This document shows positions 60,455-64,000 of a stretch of DNA of 64,000 nt, in pieces. The notes beneath the pieces were generated by a model. The model ran no database searches. It was not told the DNA's origin and saw nothing but the letters and a program-made list of their open reading frames with translations. The stretch covers positions 133,859 through 197,858 of the forward strand of contig VBAW01000016.1 of the NCBI GenBank assembly GCA_005888635.1. The letters run 5' to 3'. Position 1 is the stretch's first letter, and each line of letters opens with the position of its first letter. The stretch is from Candidatus Bathyarchaeota archaeon. Its GTDB lineage: Archaea > Thermoproteota > Bathyarchaeia > 40CM-2-53-6. Made by a program: the position numbers and the translations under genes.

Positions 60455-61043
60455 GTGCAGCAAGAACGCTACGCTCTTCTAGAGTTCATCAAAGATGTCG
60501 ATGTTGCTGTAAGGGGAAATTCGTCTGAGTCGGAGATTCTTCTGCATCTCAAACCGGTCCTAGAGAGGTTGGTAAGTTCGCCCGCCTCCGTCCCGGCTAA
60601 AGCCTTCACTCCGCGCAAAGACAGGTTTGCGATGAATCTCATCCAAATGCCAGAGGACGAAGCATACTCGATCATCGGCGGAGTCTGGCACCCATGGCCA
60701 AACTACCCCGATGCACGACCATCTCACGTGGGCCATGATAGGAGTCTACGAAGGTGAAGAACGAGAAGCGCTCTTCCGTAGAGTAGACGACGGCTCCAAC
60801 CCGAAACTAGCGAGGATTCAGCAGGTGAGCGAACGAGTCAACAAGAAAGGACACGTGACAGTCCTAGGTCACAGTGATATACACCGCGTTGACAGTATCT
60901 CCCTCAAACCCACTACGAGCGTGCACATCTATGGTCGGGATATCGGAAATGCCGAGCGCCATAGCTACGACCCAGTTACGGGCGAAATTAGCCGGTTCGT
61001 CTCGGGATACTGCAACGTCTTGCGTGATAATGAGAGATTCTAG
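60455..61043 (+). pseudogene. cysteine-dioxygenase-type cupin, interrupted by a frameshift near 60708
   Basis: ORF 60455..60757 ends ...GGVWHPWPNYPD, and ORF 60711..61043 begins MHDHLTWAMIGVYEGEEREALF (CDO-like IHDH...G....E..F cupin motif). The frames differ by one nt at a CCCC run. Confidence 0.6.
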
Positions 61044-61164
61044 CCCTCGAAGGTCACCTGGGTCACCAATACGCCCGAGCCTGAGGTCCCATCATTAAAC
61101 TAGGCTGGCGTATGGTTTATCTCGGAATGAATTACACCTCTTCCCACTCGGAATCTGATCTGAA

Positions 61165-62841
61165 ATGTCGCAAGAGATACCCGTCATAATCCTGAGAGAA
61201 GGAACCCAGAGATCTAGAGGAAGAGACGCTCAAAGAAGCAACATTATGGCCGCCAAAGTCCTGGCGGAAACCGTCCGTTCGACAATAGGCCCACGCGGGA
61301 TGGACAAGATGATGGTCGGCAGCATAGGAGACATCGTCATAACGAATGACGGTGCAACCATCATGAAGGAAATGGACGTTCAGAATCCTGCAGCCAAGAT
61401 GCTCGTTGAGGTCGCTAAGACCCAGGACAGCGAAGTAGGAGACGGAACCACAACCGCTGTCGTCCTAGCTGGCGAGCTACTTTCCGGCGCTGAAGGACTC
61501 TTGGATCGAGATGTTCACCCTAACGTAATCATAGACGGCTACAGAGCGGCCGCAGAGAAGGCTCAAGAAATTCTTGATGATCTAGGCGTCAGCATCAAAC
61601 CTGACGATGATGAGGAACTGAAACGGATCGCCCTCACCTCACTTAACACGAAAGGAATTTTTGGCTCACAGGAGCATTTCGCGGACTTGGCCGTCGAGGC
61701 TGTGAAAGATGTGATGGAAAAGAGTGGGACCAAGATTACTGCAGATATCGACTTCATCAAAGTAATGAAGAAGCATGGAAAGAGCCTCTCCGACACTGAA
61801 CTCGTCAGCGGCATCGTCATCGACAAGGAAATCGCCCATTCTCAAATGCCTAGAAGCGTAAGCAACGCCAAGATCGCGCTACTCAATGCCAAGCTGGAAA
61901 TAGAAAAGACAGAGATGGACGCAAAGATCAACATAAACAGGCCCGAGGAAATGGAGCTCTTCCTTCAAGAGGAAGAGAATCTTCTCAATGCGATGGCTCA
62001 ACAAATCGCCGATAGCGGTGCGAACGTTCTATTCACGGAGAAGGCAGCTGACGATGAAGTCCTATCAATTCTAGCGAAAAAGGGAATTCTCGCGGTGAAA
62101 AACGTGAGTAGCGGAGACATGGAAAAACTGGCAAAGGCAACAGGCGGAAGCCCCGTCGGCACTCTGAAGGATCTCTCAAAGGCAAGTCTAGGTCAAGCCA
62201 AACTTGTGGAAGAAGTGAAGATCGGTGACGACAAACTCGTCTATGTTCGAGAGGCAAAGAATCCGAAGGCAGTAACAATAATGATACGCGGCGGGTCAGA
62301 GCATGTTGTGGACGAGGCTGAAAGATCCCTACACGACGCGCTTTGCGTAGTCAGGAATGCGCTTGAAGATGGCAAGATAGTCGCGGGCGGAGGCGCCCCC
62401 GAAGCGGAGCTTTCCAAGCGACTGAAAGATTTCGCAACCAAAGCTGGTGGGAGGGAGCAGCTCGCGATCAGAGCCTTCGCGGACGCTTTGGAAGCGATAC
62501 CCGTTGCCATCGCTCAGAACGCAGGGATAGATCCCATCGACATAATGGTTGATCTCAGAGCTAAACACAACACTCCGGCTAACAAATGGTTCGGAGTTAA
62601 CGTATACACAGGAAAGACCGCTGACATGTGGAAGCTGAACATAGTCGAGCCGCTGCGAGTGAAGAAACAAGTTGTAAGATCAGCTACAGAAGCCGTAACA
62701 ATGTTGCTTAGGGTCGACGACGTAATCGCATCAAAGGGCGGTGGATCCGGCGGTGGCGCTGGCGGTCCTCATGGAGGAATGCCTCCGGGCATGGGTGGCG
62801 GTATGGGTGGCATGCCACCCGGCATGATGGGCGGAATGTAG
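61165..62841 (+). CDS. ths: thermosome (group II chaperonin) subunit
   Basis: 558 aa with [14 protein letters not shown] and a C-terminal [14 protein letters not shown] tail. Confidence 0.95.
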   Translation: MSQEIPVIILREGTQRSRGRDAQRSNIMAAKVLAETVRSTIGPRGMDKMMVGSIGDIVITNDGATIMKEMDVQNPAAKMLVEVAKTQDSEVGDGTTTAVVLAGELLSGAEGLLDRDVHPNVIIDGYRAAAEKAQEILDDLGVSIKPDDDEELKRIALTSLNTKGIFGSQEHFADLAVEAVKDVMEKSGTKITADIDFIKVMKKHGKSLSDTELVSGIVIDKEIAHSQMPRSVSNAKIALLNAKLEIEKTEMDAKININRPEEMELFLQEEENLLNAMAQQIADSGANVLFTEKAADDEVLSILAKKGILAVKNVSSGDMEKLAKATGGSPVGTLKDLSKASLGQAKLVEEVKIGDDKLVYVREAKNPKAVTIMIRGGSEHVVDEAERSLHDALCVVRNALEDGKIVAGGGAPEAELSKRLKDFATKAGGREQLAIRAFADALEAIPVAIAQNAGIDPIDIMVDLRAKHNTPANKWFGVNVYTGKTADMWKLNIVEPLRVKKQVVRSATEAVTMLLRVDDVIASKGGGSGGGAGGPHGGMPPGMGGGMGGMPPGMMGGM

Positions 62842-63913
62842 CCGACACAAAGCTAGCCTAGAATTCTGGCATGGACAGTATTCAAACCCAAGACGCGATT
62901 ACGCAAAGCACTTCGTGGGATTTGGACCCAGGTTTACCAGTACATATGAGCGTACCGGCTAAGCCGTTTTGGTAACCTCTTCTGAGTCCGTAGCTTGGGT
63001 GAAACCCTCGGGCTTGGGAGCAAATGCAACTCAAACCCCTTTTCTCTCCATTCGGCATCGTCCTGGAACTGTGTTCAGAAGGTGCTTCAGTGGAAAATAC
63101 AATGCCCAGTTTCTAGACAGCCTTAGTGAATTGGCCACAGCAAGGAGTAGCTCAGCGGTCACAGTTCCCAGATGCCTCAGGTAGGGGTTGAAGTTGGAAA
63201 CAGGAGTATTCCTGAAGAAGCCACCATCTCCGCTCTGGCTAGCGGGGTCTCCCCAAGTATACGGAAGAAAGCTCTTGGGAAGTCGCGCTAATTGCCGAAC
63301 CCTGGCCGGTGGTCAGTGGTCTGGGGAATCGGTTTTAGAGTGAGCTTGAGCTGATGGGCTTCTCGCGCAAAAGCGGGCATTCTCTCAGAAAAGCGAGGAT
63401 CCTGGATCAGCCTCGGGCTAACGGTCAGGAAACTCACATTGGTTCGCATTGTTTATTTTGCCTGTTTGTTACTGATATGTAATAGGTATTACTTGCTTAT
63501 AAGCCTTCTTTGAAAATGGCCGTACGTCACATCCGGAGAATAGGAGGTCAGACCAGGCTCATCAGTCCACAGGGAGTAGGGCCAGCATCCCCGAACCGGT
63601 ACGGCAGATTCTGACCAGGACCCATTTCCATTGAAGAGAAGCTACTGCCGATTTTGCTTCCTTTTCCGTTAAGTCTTGAGCTGTCCACCAATTTCGACGA
63701 AACGTTTCTTCACAGCCTCCAAGAACCCAGGCTTGTAGTCCCTGTCATGTGAGATTTGGACCTTCAATGGACTGGGCCCTCAAGCCTCCATAAACGGCCA
63801 CTTCGCTTGACGGAGAAAGACGAATAAGCTTCACCGTCCTCTCCACTCTCCTTTTTTTCTCTACTACTATTAGCATCGCTTAAATCTCAGATCCACGTCA
63901 TCTTTATTCGAAA

Positions 63914-64000
63914 ATGGCAGACGAGATTTCCCCTGTGGCTTGCGTGCCATGCGGCATCGACCTAGGCTTGGCTCCGCCCGGTACACTTGTCCGGTGCTGG
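63914..64000 (+). CDS. 5' end of an ORF running off the window (MADEISPVACVPCGIDLGLAPP...)
   Basis: ATG preceded by an AT-rich stretch. Only 29 codons visible. Confidence 0.2.
   Translation, partial: MADEISPVACVPCGIDLGLAPPGTLVRCW

Noticed and set aside
63147-63175. GTAGCTCAGCGGTCACAG looks like a tRNA D-arm start
   Set aside because: The D-stem complement (GAGC) and anticodon/T arms are absent. No cloverleaf can be drawn.
62969-63184. 71-aa ORF in the ORF-poor 3' region
   Set aside because: No start context and no recognisable composition bias. It is more likely non-coding.
1-64000. CRISPR array or tandem iterons
   Set aside because: No regularly spaced repeats were seen anywhere in the window. 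The only tandem repeat is a 12-nt duplication inside a proline-rich coding region (about 31600).

Overview
This window reads as an archaeal chromosomal segment of about 52% GC. Genes are densely packed on both strands, often with 4-nt stop/start overlaps. Recognisable housekeeping genes include gatD (3' end) and gatE, an Lrp/AsnC regulator, archaeal-type aspartate-semialdehyde dehydrogenase, glmS, and F420 biosynthesis cofD-cofC. Further along are tatA-tatC, etfB-etfA convergent with fixX-fixC plus an acyl-CoA dehydrogenase, a PfkB kinase, split transketolase, transaldolase/Fsa, pyrG, an Sm-like protein, nucS, radA, pyrC, Mut7-C, AMMECR1 and trmI. Later come a sugar-1-P nucleotidyltransferase, PadR, MFS transporters, a CheY receiver next to a roughly 1150-aa CheB-CheR-PAS-histidine kinase hybrid, a RusA resolvase, and a thermosome subunit at the 3' end. 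No rRNA, tRNA or CRISPR array was recognised. The most unusual feature is a co-oriented minus-strand array of tatA-tatC, an HTH/membrane pair, and a twin-arginine-signal mini-protein translationally coupled to a signal-less DUF4331 protein. This could be a dedicated Tat hitch-hiker export module; in my recollection DUF4331 is essentially a bacterial secreted-protein family. A second candidate is an A/C-skewed island of about 6.5 kb (39.5-46.0 kb). It starts exactly at the trmI stop and carries a frameshifted tyrosine integrase, an HNH nuclease and small membrane/zinc-ribbon ORFs, and looks like an integrated element. A third is an operon of three paralogous membrane-anchored proteins with proline-rich tails between nucS and radA. 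Several genes carry apparent lesions, and together they suggest either a decaying genome or consensus errors. purA is disrupted by a 23-nt palindromic insertion in its P-loop and has a decayed 3' end. The asd catalytic Cys codon reads TTC (Phe). gatE has no canonical start. A CDO-like cupin and the integrase are each split by a frameshift. Two ORF-poor stretches (55.2-55.9 kb and the last 1.1 kb) are unexplained. All calls come from reading translations by eye; no database search was run.
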